From Nitrososphaeria archaeon (lineage in GTDB: Archaea; Thermoproteota; Nitrososphaeria; JACIWG01), in the NCBI GenBank assembly GCA_963752255.1, contig CAVVXT010000014.1, forward strand, positions 146,022 through 210,021: a DNA stretch of 64,000 nt, given 5' to 3'. Shown piece after piece: positions 10,154 to 19,895 of this stretch. The translations under genes and the position numbers were made by a program. The notes below the pieces were generated by a model. That model was not told the DNA's origin, ran no database searches, and saw nothing but the letters and a program-made list of their open reading frames with translations. Position 1 is the stretch's first letter. Each line of letters begins with the position of its first letter.

Positions 10154-10699
10154 CTATACGATTCTACAAAAGTTCAGAATCAACTCTGCGTTAAGTACCT
10201 CAGGATGGAATAGACAGCCGTATATTTCTTGATCTTTCTGTTTAATTATACTCGCTATGCAACCAGTTGCAGCGATCACATCGAAACTGCTATTTACCTT
10301 AACTATTTTAGAAACCAGAAAATATGAATAGAACTCCCCGCTAGATGCTATAGGATTCTGCTTCTTAATCTTGACCACATGTTGACCGATTATTTTTCTA
10401 TCCAACAGTTCACAACTAAACGTCTTCGCTATTATCTGCATTCCTGCACAGATACCTAGAACAGGCTTGCCTAGCCCATTTAGATACTTGAAAGCGTCAA
10501 TATGATGAAGGTATTCAAAGTCTTTGAGGGAAGTACCACAAATTATGATCTTATCTACATTTACCAGTTCATTTGAATCGACTTTTAAATAATGTTTTAC
10601 TTGGAAGACACCATTTACTTTTTCAAGAATTTTACAGATCGGTTCGACGAATTCTAACTCACTTAATCTATCAAGGCAGACGTTAACTATCAGAATCAT
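10154..10699 (-). CDS. Stand-alone class I glutamine amidotransferase (GMP synthase A-like)
   Basis: Intact catalytic triad motifs PVLGICAGMQ and FHPE. Confidence 0.88.
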   Translation of the reverse strand: MILIVNVCLDRLSELEFVEPICKILEKVNGVFQVKHYLKVDSNELVNVDKIIICGTSLKDFEYLHHIDAFKYLNGLGKPVLGICAGMQIIAKTFSCELLDRKIIGQHVVKIKKQNPIASSGEFYSYFLVSKIVKVNSSFDVIAATGCIASIIKQKDQEIYGCLFHPEVLNAELILNFCRIV

Positions 10700-11376
10700 T
10701 TCTCTACCAGCCTAGCTTTCTTTATTTCAAACCATCCAGAGTAATTTTTGTAGACTATATCGTGCTCTAAGATTTCTATTTCCTTTTTAAAGAAGGGTGC
10801 GTTGATAACTGTTGTCTCTATTTCACCACCTTCTCCGGCGGGGTTAAGACCATATTTCCTTGCGTACATCTCTAATTTTGCTATCATATCATCATTGACG
10901 GTCTTTCCCAAGAAGTTAATGTTCAGTGGATAAGCAAAGACACCTGAAATGATTGTCTTGATTTCAACTGATAGGCCTTCCCTTAGAACCTCGACCTGAT
11001 CTCTTAACCATAGAGGATTAAAGCACCAAAGAGAAAGTTTGTCGCAGCTTTTCTGTATCCTGCTGGCTTGATAGATTGATTTTATAGCTCCTGTAACAAC
11101 CCCTTCGATTTCAAACTTCTTTTTAGCGATCAATATCGCCTTCTCAAGATCTAACAGTTCCTCTTCCTTCTTTCCTTCTGTTAGCTTCTGTATCAAAGGC
11201 AGGCCTATTGCCTGAGCCTGCAGTGATGTAATGGAAATATTGGGCACATGGAACATGTAACTCTCTCTATTTTTAGAAATTAGACTGATCAAACAGACAA
11301 CATCATGATATCTTCTAGCTTTGTAAAAGGCTAAACATGAATCCTTTCCACCTGAGAAGAGTATGCCGACTCTCAC
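10696..11376 (-). CDS. dph6: Diphthine-ammonia ligase (MJ0570/Dph6 family PP-loop ATPase)
   Basis: FSGGKDS, SYMFH, GAIKSIYQ, PLW and GEGGEIET motifs. Confidence 0.9.
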   Translation of the reverse strand: MRVGILFSGGKDSCLAFYKARRYHDVVCLISLISKNRESYMFHVPNISITSLQAQAIGLPLIQKLTEGKKEEELLDLEKAILIAKKKFEIEGVVTGAIKSIYQASRIQKSCDKLSLWCFNPLWLRDQVEVLREGLSVEIKTIISGVFAYPLNINFLGKTVNDDMIAKLEMYARKYGLNPAGEGGEIETTVINAPFFKKEIEILEHDIVYKNYSGWFEIKKARLVEK

Positions 11377-11739
11377 AATGTATCACAGAACTTCAATATC
11401 TTATAAATGCTATTCAAAAGGTAGTATAGTATAAAAAAAGATCTTATTATGCACACTAGGCACAACATATTTTATTGAACACCAACCATCGCCTAATTAA
11501 ATCTCGACAAGACTTTAATTCTAGTTAGATTTGTTAAAAGTTTATATTATTTAATTATTTGGGTGTTTTGGCCAAAATTCTCCATCAATTGGTTCTTGAC
11601 GGATGAATGGGGGCTTAGTTTTTGAGCCCTCAACATTTTGGCCTAAAAAACTGCTATCATCTATCTCCTTTTAATCGATGGTTGCAAGACTTGTCTATCC
11701 TTAGTTGTGAGTTAACAATATTAAGCCTATTTTTCATTC

Positions 11740-12029
11740 AATCTAATTTATTCGTTTCCCTCCCTCTTTTTATTTAGTAATCCTCGGAAAGCTTGGCGAC
11801 AAAAATCAGATATCTACGATCACATTAGCCGCCGAAAAATATTGGGATTCAATGATTCTTGGAATAAGGATGGCTTTCGCAAGCACAGTTGGTGTTGCAA
11901 CGATTCTTGGGGCAAAAATAGTTGTCCTCTCTTCTTAAAAAATGGCTGAGAATCGGTTCATATGGCTTGTTCATAGCTATTGGAATAATCTCTGTCATAA
12001 GCTCAATTATTGGGCTAAGTATCTTTTAA
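11740..12029 (+). pseudogene. UPF0016/GDT1 (TMEM165) membrane protein remnant
   Basis: LGKLGDKNQISTITLAA resembles the ExGDKTQ motif and is followed by hydrophobic helices; broken by a frameshift near 11935 with a degraded 5' part. Confidence 0.6.
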
Positions 12030-12334
12030 AAACGTTATCCTGGAAAATCTGGCTGTTTAATATGTTCCGAAGGAAAATTTAGTGCGTTATCCTTCTCTCG
12101 GTGCTCATTTTTTACAAACTTTTTTTTGCATTTATTATGGTTTCGATGAACTGTATGCTGAACAGAATCAGATCCTTAAGAAATATAGAACTAATAATTT
12201 ATATAGACATTTTCCAACTGGATAGATACCAACCATGCGCAAGAGAATAGATAAAAAAGAGTTTAAACTTGGTGAAGAAAGGTCCACCACATTATCAGTG
12301 CTCTGGTTGTCTAAAGTGCATTTTAGGTGATTGG

Positions 12335-13172
12335 ATGATTCATGATAAAATAATGGTCTCTTTTCAAGGAGAGTTTGGAGCGTATAGCGAAGAAGCCGCA
12401 TTCAAATTTTTTGGCGATAAGATGAAGACGCTTCCCTGTAAAACGTTATCTGACGTCTTTAAAGCTGTAGAAGAAAAGAAGGTCAAGTACGGCATAGTTC
12501 CAGTGGAAAATTCTATTGAGGGAAGCATTTTTCAAACATACGATTTGCTGCTGCAGTCAAACCTTAAAATCTGCGGGGAGATAATACTCAGGGTAGCTCA
12601 CTGTCTTATTTCATGCGAGAAAGAAATGACCTCTGTGAAAGAGGTTTATTCTCACCCTCAAGCCTTGGCGCAGTGTAGAAAGTTTCTGGAGGAGCTAGGA
12701 TGCATTGTGACACCTACTTACGATACTGCAGGTAGTGTTAAGATGATTAAGGAGAGAAATCTGAGGAACGCGGCAGCGATTGCAAGTGAAAGGACGGCTC
12801 AAATATACGGCATGAATGTTCTTAGCACGGCATTTAGAAACGAACCCCCAAAATTATACTAGGTTTTTGGTCATATTCAGCAGGGACCACAAGATGACGG
12901 ACAATGACAAGACTTCGATAATCTTCTCAACAAAGGACATTCCTAAAGCTCTTCTAAAAGCACTTGTACCACTTGCTAAGAGAAATATAAATCTCATGAA
13001 GATAGAGTCTCGTCCCATAATCGGAAAGCCTTGGGAATATAACTTCTACCTCGACTTTGAGGGTCACAGGGGAGAGGAAAGGGTTCAGAAGGCTTTGAAA
13101 GAATTGGGGATGAATTCAACTTTTTTGAAGATATTAGGTTCTTATCCGAAGGCGAAAGAAGATGCTGTATGA
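12335..13172 (+). CDS. pheA: Prephenate dehydratase with ACT domain (frameshift near 12820)
   Basis: FQGEFGAYSE, PVENSIEG, SHPQALAQC, then NYTRFL and IESRP in the next frame; AGGTGA RBS before ATG 12335. Confidence 0.92.
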
Positions 13173-14232
13173 GATCGCTGAAAAAGTGATAAAGCTTCAG
13201 AATGAAGGAAGGAAGATAATAAAGTTCAACGTGGGCGATCCGGATCAGTCTACGAATGAAGAAATTGTGGACACAGCATTTAAAGCGATGAAAGCTGGAA
13301 AGACAAAGTACGGTTCATCTTCTGGAGAGAAAATGCTTAGAGAAAAACTGGCCGAAATCTACAACGTTAAGGCGGAAAATGTAACAATCGCGCCTGGATC
13401 AAAGTGGGCAATTTTTTCATCGATGTTTGTCACGCTTAAGAAAGGTGACAACGTTGTTCTTCCATCTCCCCATTGGAATGCGTATTCACTTATGGCGCAA
13501 CAGATGGGGGTGGAAACAAGGCTTTTGAAATGTGAACTAAAATCGGACTGGAAGATAAACGTGGACAAGATGAATGACCTGATAGATGAAAGAACTGGGA
13601 TGATAATCTTGAACAATCCGAACAACCCGACCAGCAAGGTTGTGGACGGAAAGACCGTTGAAAAAATAGTTGAATTGTCAAGAGAAAACTGCTTACCTAT
13701 TCTTTCAGACGAATCCTACAGCGACATAAGCTTCCTTAAAGTAAGGAGTATCCTAGATTTTCCAAGGGACAATATCTTTGTAAACAGTTTTTCGAAGACT
13801 TTTGCGATGACGGGGTGGAGAATAGGCTTCACGATATCAAATAAAGAATTGGCTGAAAAACTCACGAGGTTAAATCAGATAACTATTTCTTGCGTTCCAC
13901 AGTTCATTCAAGAAGCTGCCATTAAAGCTCTGGAGCTGAGGGATAGAATTGCAGATGAAGTTAAAGAAGTGTATAGAAAAAGGGTGGAGCTGGCTTACGA
14001 CATTCTTTCAAGAAGCAAACTGGAATTTTCTAAGGCTGATTCACCCTTCTACCTGTTTCCAAGATGCGGTGGAGACTCGGAGAGGTTTGCCCTTAGAATG
14101 CTTGATGAGGGCGTCGCCGTAACCCCTGGAACCGCTTTCGGAGATTATAGGGAACACTTCAGAATTGCCCTAACAGTCCCGGATGTGGAAGTTGAAGAAG
14201 GGTTGAATAAGATAGCTGAGATGTTTCCATGA
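13162..14232 (+). CDS. PLP-dependent class I/II (aromatic/aspartate) aminotransferase
   Basis: NNPNNPT, SDESY, SFSKTFAMTGWRIG; located between pheA and tyrA. Confidence 0.92.
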   Translation: MLYEIAEKVIKLQNEGRKIIKFNVGDPDQSTNEEIVDTAFKAMKAGKTKYGSSSGEKMLREKLAEIYNVKAENVTIAPGSKWAIFSSMFVTLKKGDNVVLPSPHWNAYSLMAQQMGVETRLLKCELKSDWKINVDKMNDLIDERTGMIILNNPNNPTSKVVDGKTVEKIVELSRENCLPILSDESYSDISFLKVRSILDFPRDNIFVNSFSKTFAMTGWRIGFTISNKELAEKLTRLNQITISCVPQFIQEAAIKALELRDRIADEVKEVYRKRVELAYDILSRSKLEFSKADSPFYLFPRCGGDSERFALRMLDEGVAVTPGTAFGDYREHFRIALTVPDVEVEEGLNKIAEMFP

Positions 14233-15056
14233 ACTTGAAGAGTGTTGCGATAATAGGCGGAGCTGGGAAGATGGGGCGATGGTTCGCGAGATTTTTTGTC
14301 AAAGAAGGCTTTAGGGTTGTGGTCTCAGGTAGGACTCAAAGCAAATTAGCTAAGCTTAAGGAAGATATACCAGAAATTGAAGTTGCAGAAGATAACGTTG
14401 CAGCAGTGAAGGACGTCGACATGGTTGTGATTTCTGTCCTTCAACAAAACTTTGAGTCTGTTATAAGAGAAATAAGCTCTTATCTGAAGCCTAGGCAGAT
14501 AATAATCGACATAACATCAGTGAAGGAGTCTCCTGTAAAGATAATGCACAGATACATCAAAGGCTGTGTGACTCTTGGGACACATCCGGTGTTCGGTCCC
14601 TTAGTAACAGACTGCAACCAAAACTTTATTCTCACCCCAACCAATAATAAAGAAAAGGATTTTGCAGTAGGGTTCAAGAAATGGCTTGAGGAAAGGGGGT
14701 TCAGAGTGAGTGTAATGTCGCCTAAAAAGCACGATTATCTTATGAGCACTGTACTGGGGCTCTCGCATTTCATAGGATTTGTAACCTGTGAAACCTGGTT
14801 GGACATGAATCTGAAGGAATTGAAGAAGGTTAGCGGAACCAGCTTCAAAATGCTATTTAACCTAGTGGATAACGTTGTACACTCTGACCCAGAATTCTAT
14901 TCTGAGCTGCAAATGAGCTTTCCGGACGTAGATAGAATTGAAGAAAGATTTGAGTTCAACGTTAGGAAATGGTTAAAAATAGTGAAGAGCAAGAACAAGA
15001 ATAGATTCACAAATGAAATGGAGAGATTAAGGAAGAACCTCGATAATCTAGGATAG
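14229..15056 (+). CDS. tyrA: Prephenate/arogenate dehydrogenase
   Basis: IIGGAGKMG, DITSVK, THPVFGP, HDYLMS..LGLSH. Confidence 0.93.
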   Translation: MNLKSVAIIGGAGKMGRWFARFFVKEGFRVVVSGRTQSKLAKLKEDIPEIEVAEDNVAAVKDVDMVVISVLQQNFESVIREISSYLKPRQIIIDITSVKESPVKIMHRYIKGCVTLGTHPVFGPLVTDCNQNFILTPTNNKEKDFAVGFKKWLEERGFRVSVMSPKKHDYLMSTVLGLSHFIGFVTCETWLDMNLKELKKVSGTSFKMLFNLVDNVVHSDPEFYSELQMSFPDVDRIEERFEFNVRKWLKIVKSKNKNRFTNEMERLRKNLDNLG

Positions 15057-15184
15057 GCTGCCGCAGACGGGAACTTTTGTCATCATCTTTCTCGTTCCCT
15101 TCTAGAAATCAGTTTGTTTGACAGGTATCCATTGCATAAAGAGACTGCAATCGTCCATTTACTCTGGACAAACTGTTGATCCTT

Positions 15185-15478
15185 TTAATCTGCGTGGTCC
15201 TTGATATTTTCCGCGTTTCTGCACAACTTTATTATTTCTTTAAAAACGGTTACGCAATCTTCTGGACTTGTCCCAAGTTGCTTTGCACTATCTTCAATTT
15301 TCTTATAAATTGCGGTTTCTCTTCCAGAGTCTAAAACTGGTCTGTTAAACTTCTTTTTTACTTTCCCGATGTCTTTAGCGAGGTTAACTCTCTCAGATAA
15401 GAGCTCCATAATGCGCTCGTCTACGGCATCTATCCTTTTCCTAAGTAGAGCTATTTCTTCTTCACTTGCCAAAGCCAC
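15185..15478 (-). CDS. Chorismate mutase (AroQ type)
   Basis: LRKRIDAVD..IMELLSER...IGKVK...D.GRE. Confidence 0.92.
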   Translation of the reverse strand: MALASEEEIALLRKRIDAVDERIMELLSERVNLAKDIGKVKKKFNRPVLDSGRETAIYKKIEDSAKQLGTSPEDCVTVFKEIIKLCRNAENIKDHAD

Positions 15479-16574
15479 CGCCTCTTAAAACTCTGGGTAG
15501 TAATCCGGCTCTTATGGTGTGGTCTGCGAGCACGATCGCGATCATGCTCTCAACAACCGGTACAGCACGTGGCACAATGCATGAGTCGTGTCTTCCATCA
15601 ACTTTTAATTTTACAGGTTTCATCTTCTTGAGGTCGACGGTGTCTTTACTTTTTTGGATTGAAGGCGTGGGTTTAACGGCTACTCTCAATAGGATTGGCA
15701 TTCCGTTACTTATTCCTCCTAGGATTCCGCCGGAGCTGTTACTTTTTGTGATCACTTTTCCTCCCTTAACTGTGAAGACATCGTTACTTTCTGACCCCTT
15801 CATACTCGAAAGCTTGAATCCGGACCCGAATTCAACCCCCTTTACTGCAGGAATTGCGAAAAGTGCTTTAGCCAGGTCGCCTTCTAATGTATCAAAAATC
15901 GGCTCGCCGAGGCCAACCGGCACATTAAGGGACACACTTTCTATTACTCCCCCTACGCTGTCTCCTTCGTCCCTCGCTGCCTGAATACTTTTAATCATTT
16001 TTTCTGCAGCGGTGAGGTCGGGGCATCTAACTGAATTCTTTTCAACGTTACTTATGATTTCTTTTATCGTCTTCGGTTCAGCCTTTATGCCGGAGATTTC
16101 CAGCGTATATGCGATGATTTCGATATTCAATAAAGCTAACAATTTTTTTGCGACCATTCCTGCCATTACAAAACCGGCTGTAATCCTGCCAGAGAACCTG
16201 CCTCCACCTCTGTAATCGTTGAAGCCTCCGAATTTGGTAAAGGCGGTGAAGTCAGCGTGTCCTGGTCTTGGTGTAAACTTTATTTTTTCATATGCGCTAG
16301 ATTCTATGTCTTTGTTCCACACAATCATGCATATTGGAGCACCAGTAGTGAACCCATTGAATGTTCCCGAAACGATTTCTACTCTATCTTCCTCCCTTCT
16401 TTGGGTCGCAAAGAAGCTTTGACCTGTCTTCCTCCTTTCCAGCTCCCTCTGAACAGTATCTTCCGAGATTTCAAGGCCTGCTGGACATCCGTCCACGACT
16501 GTACCAACACATCTTCCGTGGCTTTCCCCAAAACATGTTACTTTGAACGCCACACCTATGGTGTTCACACTCAT
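15462..16574 (-). CDS. aroC: Chorismate synthase
   Basis: FGESHG, PRPGHAD, RGGGRFSGR, GGILGGIS, GRHD; likely start ATG 16574 overlapping the aroA stop. Confidence 0.96.
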   Translation of the reverse strand: MSVNTIGVAFKVTCFGESHGRCVGTVVDGCPAGLEISEDTVQRELERRKTGQSFFATQRREEDRVEIVSGTFNGFTTGAPICMIVWNKDIESSAYEKIKFTPRPGHADFTAFTKFGGFNDYRGGGRFSGRITAGFVMAGMVAKKLLALLNIEIIAYTLEISGIKAEPKTIKEIISNVEKNSVRCPDLTAAEKMIKSIQAARDEGDSVGGVIESVSLNVPVGLGEPIFDTLEGDLAKALFAIPAVKGVEFGSGFKLSSMKGSESNDVFTVKGGKVITKSNSSGGILGGISNGMPILLRVAVKPTPSIQKSKDTVDLKKMKPVKLKVDGRHDSCIVPRAVPVVESMIAIVLADHTIRAGLLPRVLRGGGFGK

Positions 16575-17824
16575 GCAACCTCCTCCAAGTTCGCACTCAA
16601 ACATTTTATTGCGCCCCAAAAGTTTGGGAAGGACTTGCTTACACATTCGGCGTTCGTTATCACCGTCTGCCCTTCCGCTGTTAGGCCAAGTATCGCCGAA
16701 GCCATCGCTACTCTATGGTCGTTAAAAGGGTTTATCTTTGCGCCGATCGGTTTAGAGCCAAATATTTTCAAGGACCCATCTTCTATTGTTGTTTTAATAC
16801 ACATCTTTTCCAAACATTTTACCATAGTTTTAACTCTATTTGATTCTTTAAACTTTAGCCTACCTATTCCAGTTATTTCACTCACACCTTTTGCTCTCGC
16901 GCACAGAACACAGAGTGGAAGGAACAGGTCTGGACAGTGGGATACATTAAATTTTATCGGCTTGGGAACGGATTTTCTGACCGTAATCGTTTCCCCCTGT
17001 TTTTCAACCCTAATTTCCATCATCTCCATAACATCAATTATCACCCTGTCGGCCTGTATGCTTTTTAGATCTAGACCGCTGACGGTTACCTTACCTGTAA
17101 GTGCGCCAGCAACTAAAAAATAGGACGCTGAACTCCAATCGCCTTCAACCTTAAAAGTGGTTGGTCTATACCGTTGAGGTGGAACCTCGAATCTCAAGTC
17201 TCCAAAGCTTTCCACTTCTACTCCAAATTCTTTTTGTACATTTAGAGTCAAAAGCACATAAGGCTTGGATGGAACCGATGTGACGGATTTGATGGTGGCT
17301 CCATGTTCGATTAGAGGAGCTATCAGTAGCAGCGCTGAGATGAACTGTGAACTCATGTCGCCTATTACATCGATTTTTCCACACTTCGGCTTACCTTTAA
17401 CAGATATGATCATATTTTTTTGATAGCATTCTACCCCTAAGTGTTTGAGAGCATCAATCAACGGCTTCATAGGACGCTCCATCAAGCTCTTGTACCCGCT
17501 AAGTTTACATTCTTCTCCAACCAGACAGCAGACAGCGGTAAGAAAACGCAGTGTTGTCCCCGAAGCGCCACAAAAAATCTCTCTCTGAGGCCTTTTCAAC
17601 CTGCCGCCTTCCGCGATCAGTTTGTCCTCTTTAACATCCAGCACAACGCCTAATCTTCTTAAGCCTTCTATTGTAGCCAGTGTGTCATCACACAATAAAG
17701 GAGATCGCAGTGTGCTTCTGCCATCCGCTAAGCCAGCACATACGAGTGCTCTATGTGTAACGCTTTTTGAAGGTGGCGCTTGGAAATTCCCCTCAATTTC
17801 ACTTTTTCTTACTTTCACTTGCAC
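16571..17824 (-). CDS. aroA: EPSP synthase
   Basis: PSKSVTHR, SGTTLR, SSQFISALL, KESNR, DHRVAMA. Confidence 0.96.
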   Translation of the reverse strand: MQVKVRKSEIEGNFQAPPSKSVTHRALVCAGLADGRSTLRSPLLCDDTLATIEGLRRLGVVLDVKEDKLIAEGGRLKRPQREIFCGASGTTLRFLTAVCCLVGEECKLSGYKSLMERPMKPLIDALKHLGVECYQKNMIISVKGKPKCGKIDVIGDMSSQFISALLLIAPLIEHGATIKSVTSVPSKPYVLLTLNVQKEFGVEVESFGDLRFEVPPQRYRPTTFKVEGDWSSASYFLVAGALTGKVTVSGLDLKSIQADRVIIDVMEMMEIRVEKQGETITVRKSVPKPIKFNVSHCPDLFLPLCVLCARAKGVSEITGIGRLKFKESNRVKTMVKCLEKMCIKTTIEDGSLKIFGSKPIGAKINPFNDHRVAMASAILGLTAEGQTVITNAECVSKSFPNFWGAIKCLSANLEEVA

Positions 17825-18347
17825 CTATACCACAACTCTTTCTAACAATTTCAGTAACCTTTTCTGCTACCTCTTCTGCGTTTAATTCTGTAGTATTAAT
17901 TACGTAATCAGCTGAATTTTCGTACAAGGGTTCTCTGAAATTAAACATCCTCTTAATTTCCTCTGTTCCGCCTTCAGCCATTAAAAGAGGCCGTTTTCCT
18001 TCTTGCTTTGAACCCCTCTCTAGGATAGCATCAAACTCCGCTTTAAGCAAAAATATGATTCCGTTTTGTTTGAGCCTGTCGATGTTCACCCTACTCATGA
18101 CTACGCCTCCACCACAATCGATAACCACATCTTCCATTTTGGAAACTTCTTCTACCGTATTTATCTCCTTTTTTCTAAACACTTCCTCTCCTTCTTCATA
18201 AAATATTTGCGCAACCGTCTTCTTGGATTTTTCTACTATCAAGTCATCTGTGCTCACATATTTCCTCCCTAGTTTCCTTGCTACTTCCTTAGCAACGCTA
18301 GTCTTTCCTGTAGCCATGAAACCTATGAAAACTACATTTTCCTTTAT
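17799..18347 (-). CDS. aroK: Shikimate kinase (bacterial AroK/AroL type)
   Basis: In-frame upstream extension IKENVVFIGFMATGKT (Walker A), GEEVFR, CGGG, RPLL; apparent start is ATA at 18347. Confidence 0.9.
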   Translation of the reverse strand: MKENVVFIGFMATGKTSVAKEVARKLGRKYVSTDDLIVEKSKKTVAQIFYEEGEEVFRKKEINTVEEVSKMEDVVIDCGGGVVMSRVNIDRLKQNGIIFLLKAEFDAILERGSKQEGKRPLLMAEGGTEEIKRMFNFREPLYENSADYVINTTELNAEEVAEKVTEIVRKSCGIGASESKKK

Positions 18348-18353
18348 TTAGGC

Positions 18354-19208
18354 TCACCCTTTTAACGCTTCAACTGCAACATCTTTCATTACATCGACGG
18401 GCGCTTTGCACCCTGTCCATATTTCAAAGGAGAAGGCCGCCTGATTAACGAACATATCTACTCCATGTATAACTATCGCGCCGGCTTCTCTGGCATCTTT
18501 CAACAATCTTGTCTCAAATGGAACGTATACTATATCCATGACTGCAAGCCCTTTCCTCAAGAGATTTTTTGGAACCAGTGTTCCATTAAGGTCAGGCGCC
18601 ATACCGACTGAGGTGCAGTTTATGATCAGATCCGTATCTCGTATTTCATCCTTTAACGACTGATTTTCTAGCTTCTTTGCCGTGACTGGAATGCCTGTTT
18701 TAGCAGAGACCTTGTCAGCGAGTTCCTCAGCCTTCTCTTTAGTTCTGTTCAGTATCACTATGTCATGTGGTTTCTCTTTTGCGACTGAGTATATGACAGC
18801 TCTTGCGGCACCTCCCGCTCCGAGAACAAGAACTTTCATGCCCTGAAGAGATATTCCACTTTTGACCAAAGATCTTAAGGCTCCTTCTCCGTCCGAATTG
18901 TATCCAACGAGGATTCCGCTGTCGTTTACAATTGTGTTAACGGCCCCAATGTCGTTTGCGACTTCGTCTACAGCATCAATGTAGTCCATAACTTTGACCT
19001 TGTGGGGGATGGTAACATTCATCCCAAGTATGTTAAATGCTCTCATGCCATCAATCGCACCTTCAAGCATCTTCTCCCCTACCCTAAATGCGACGTAAAC
19101 AAAGTCCAAGTCAAGGGTTTGGAACGCTTTATTATGGATTATAGGTGAAAGTGTGTGTTCTATCGGATCACCAATAACGCAGCAGATTTTTGTCTTATAC
19201 GATGTCAT
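18354..19208 (-). CDS. aroE: Shikimate dehydrogenase
   Basis: HTLSP, NVTIPHK, GAVNT, GYNSD, LGAGGAA. Confidence 0.95.
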   Translation of the reverse strand: MTSYKTKICCVIGDPIEHTLSPIIHNKAFQTLDLDFVYVAFRVGEKMLEGAIDGMRAFNILGMNVTIPHKVKVMDYIDAVDEVANDIGAVNTIVNDSGILVGYNSDGEGALRSLVKSGISLQGMKVLVLGAGGAARAVIYSVAKEKPHDIVILNRTKEKAEELADKVSAKTGIPVTAKKLENQSLKDEIRDTDLIINCTSVGMAPDLNGTLVPKNLLRKGLAVMDIVYVPFETRLLKDAREAGAIVIHGVDMFVNQAAFSFEIWTGCKAPVDVMKDVAVEALKG

Positions 19209-19888
19209 AGATTATCACAAGATGAAAGCTCGGACCCGAGCATTTCATATACTTCTCTAAAGCTGTTTAATTCAATCTGTCCGCCAGCGGATTCTAAACC
19301 AGCCCCAGCCGACACGTAAGCAAAATCACTTCCGAATAGGGGTGAGAGCACCCTGCTGATGGAACCTTTTTCACCCATACAGAAGGAGATAAGGCGTGTG
19401 CGATTCGCAAATTCTTGAAGAAGTTTAAGGGCAGTCAAGTTGTCTTCAAACTTTTCAGCCATCACAACCACTTTACATAAATCAGCATCTAAACCCATCT
19501 GTTTCCTAACGATCTCCCTAAGCTTCTCAATTCCAGGTGTCCCTTTAAAGTCATGGAAAGAAATGAGAACTTTACTATCCTTTCCTTTAACAAGTTCAAT
19601 GACTTTCTGTATGTTAGGCGAATTAAGTTCTATGTCGATAAAGGATGCTCCTAGAGAAGCCGCTCTCAAAAGTTCTTTGATTCGATCTTTTTCATTTCCA
19701 GACCAGAAGCCTCCCTCACTTCTTAGCCTGTTGCATGCTATCCAAGGCCTCTTGAGACCTTTAGGCAACTCGGACCAAGAACTTCCTATAATATCTATTC
19801 TTACTTCTATGAGATCCGCTTTGTTGACAACTTTTACGCTCTTCCTGTCGGTGTTTGTAAGCACGGCACAAAGTTTAGGTTTTAGCAT
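19205..19888 (-). CDS. aroD: Type I 3-dehydroquinate dehydratase
   Basis: EVRID, R...EGG, ISFHDF, MGEKGSISR; likely start ATG 19888. Confidence 0.92.
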   Translation of the reverse strand: MLKPKLCAVLTNTDRKSVKVVNKADLIEVRIDIIGSSWSELPKGLKRPWIACNRLRSEGGFWSGNEKDRIKELLRAASLGASFIDIELNSPNIQKVIELVKGKDSKVLISFHDFKGTPGIEKLREIVRKQMGLDADLCKVVVMAEKFEDNLTALKLLQEFANRTRLISFCMGEKGSISRVLSPLFGSDFAYVSAGAGLESAGGQIELNSFREVYEMLGSELSSCDNL

Positions 19889-19895
19889 CCATCGA

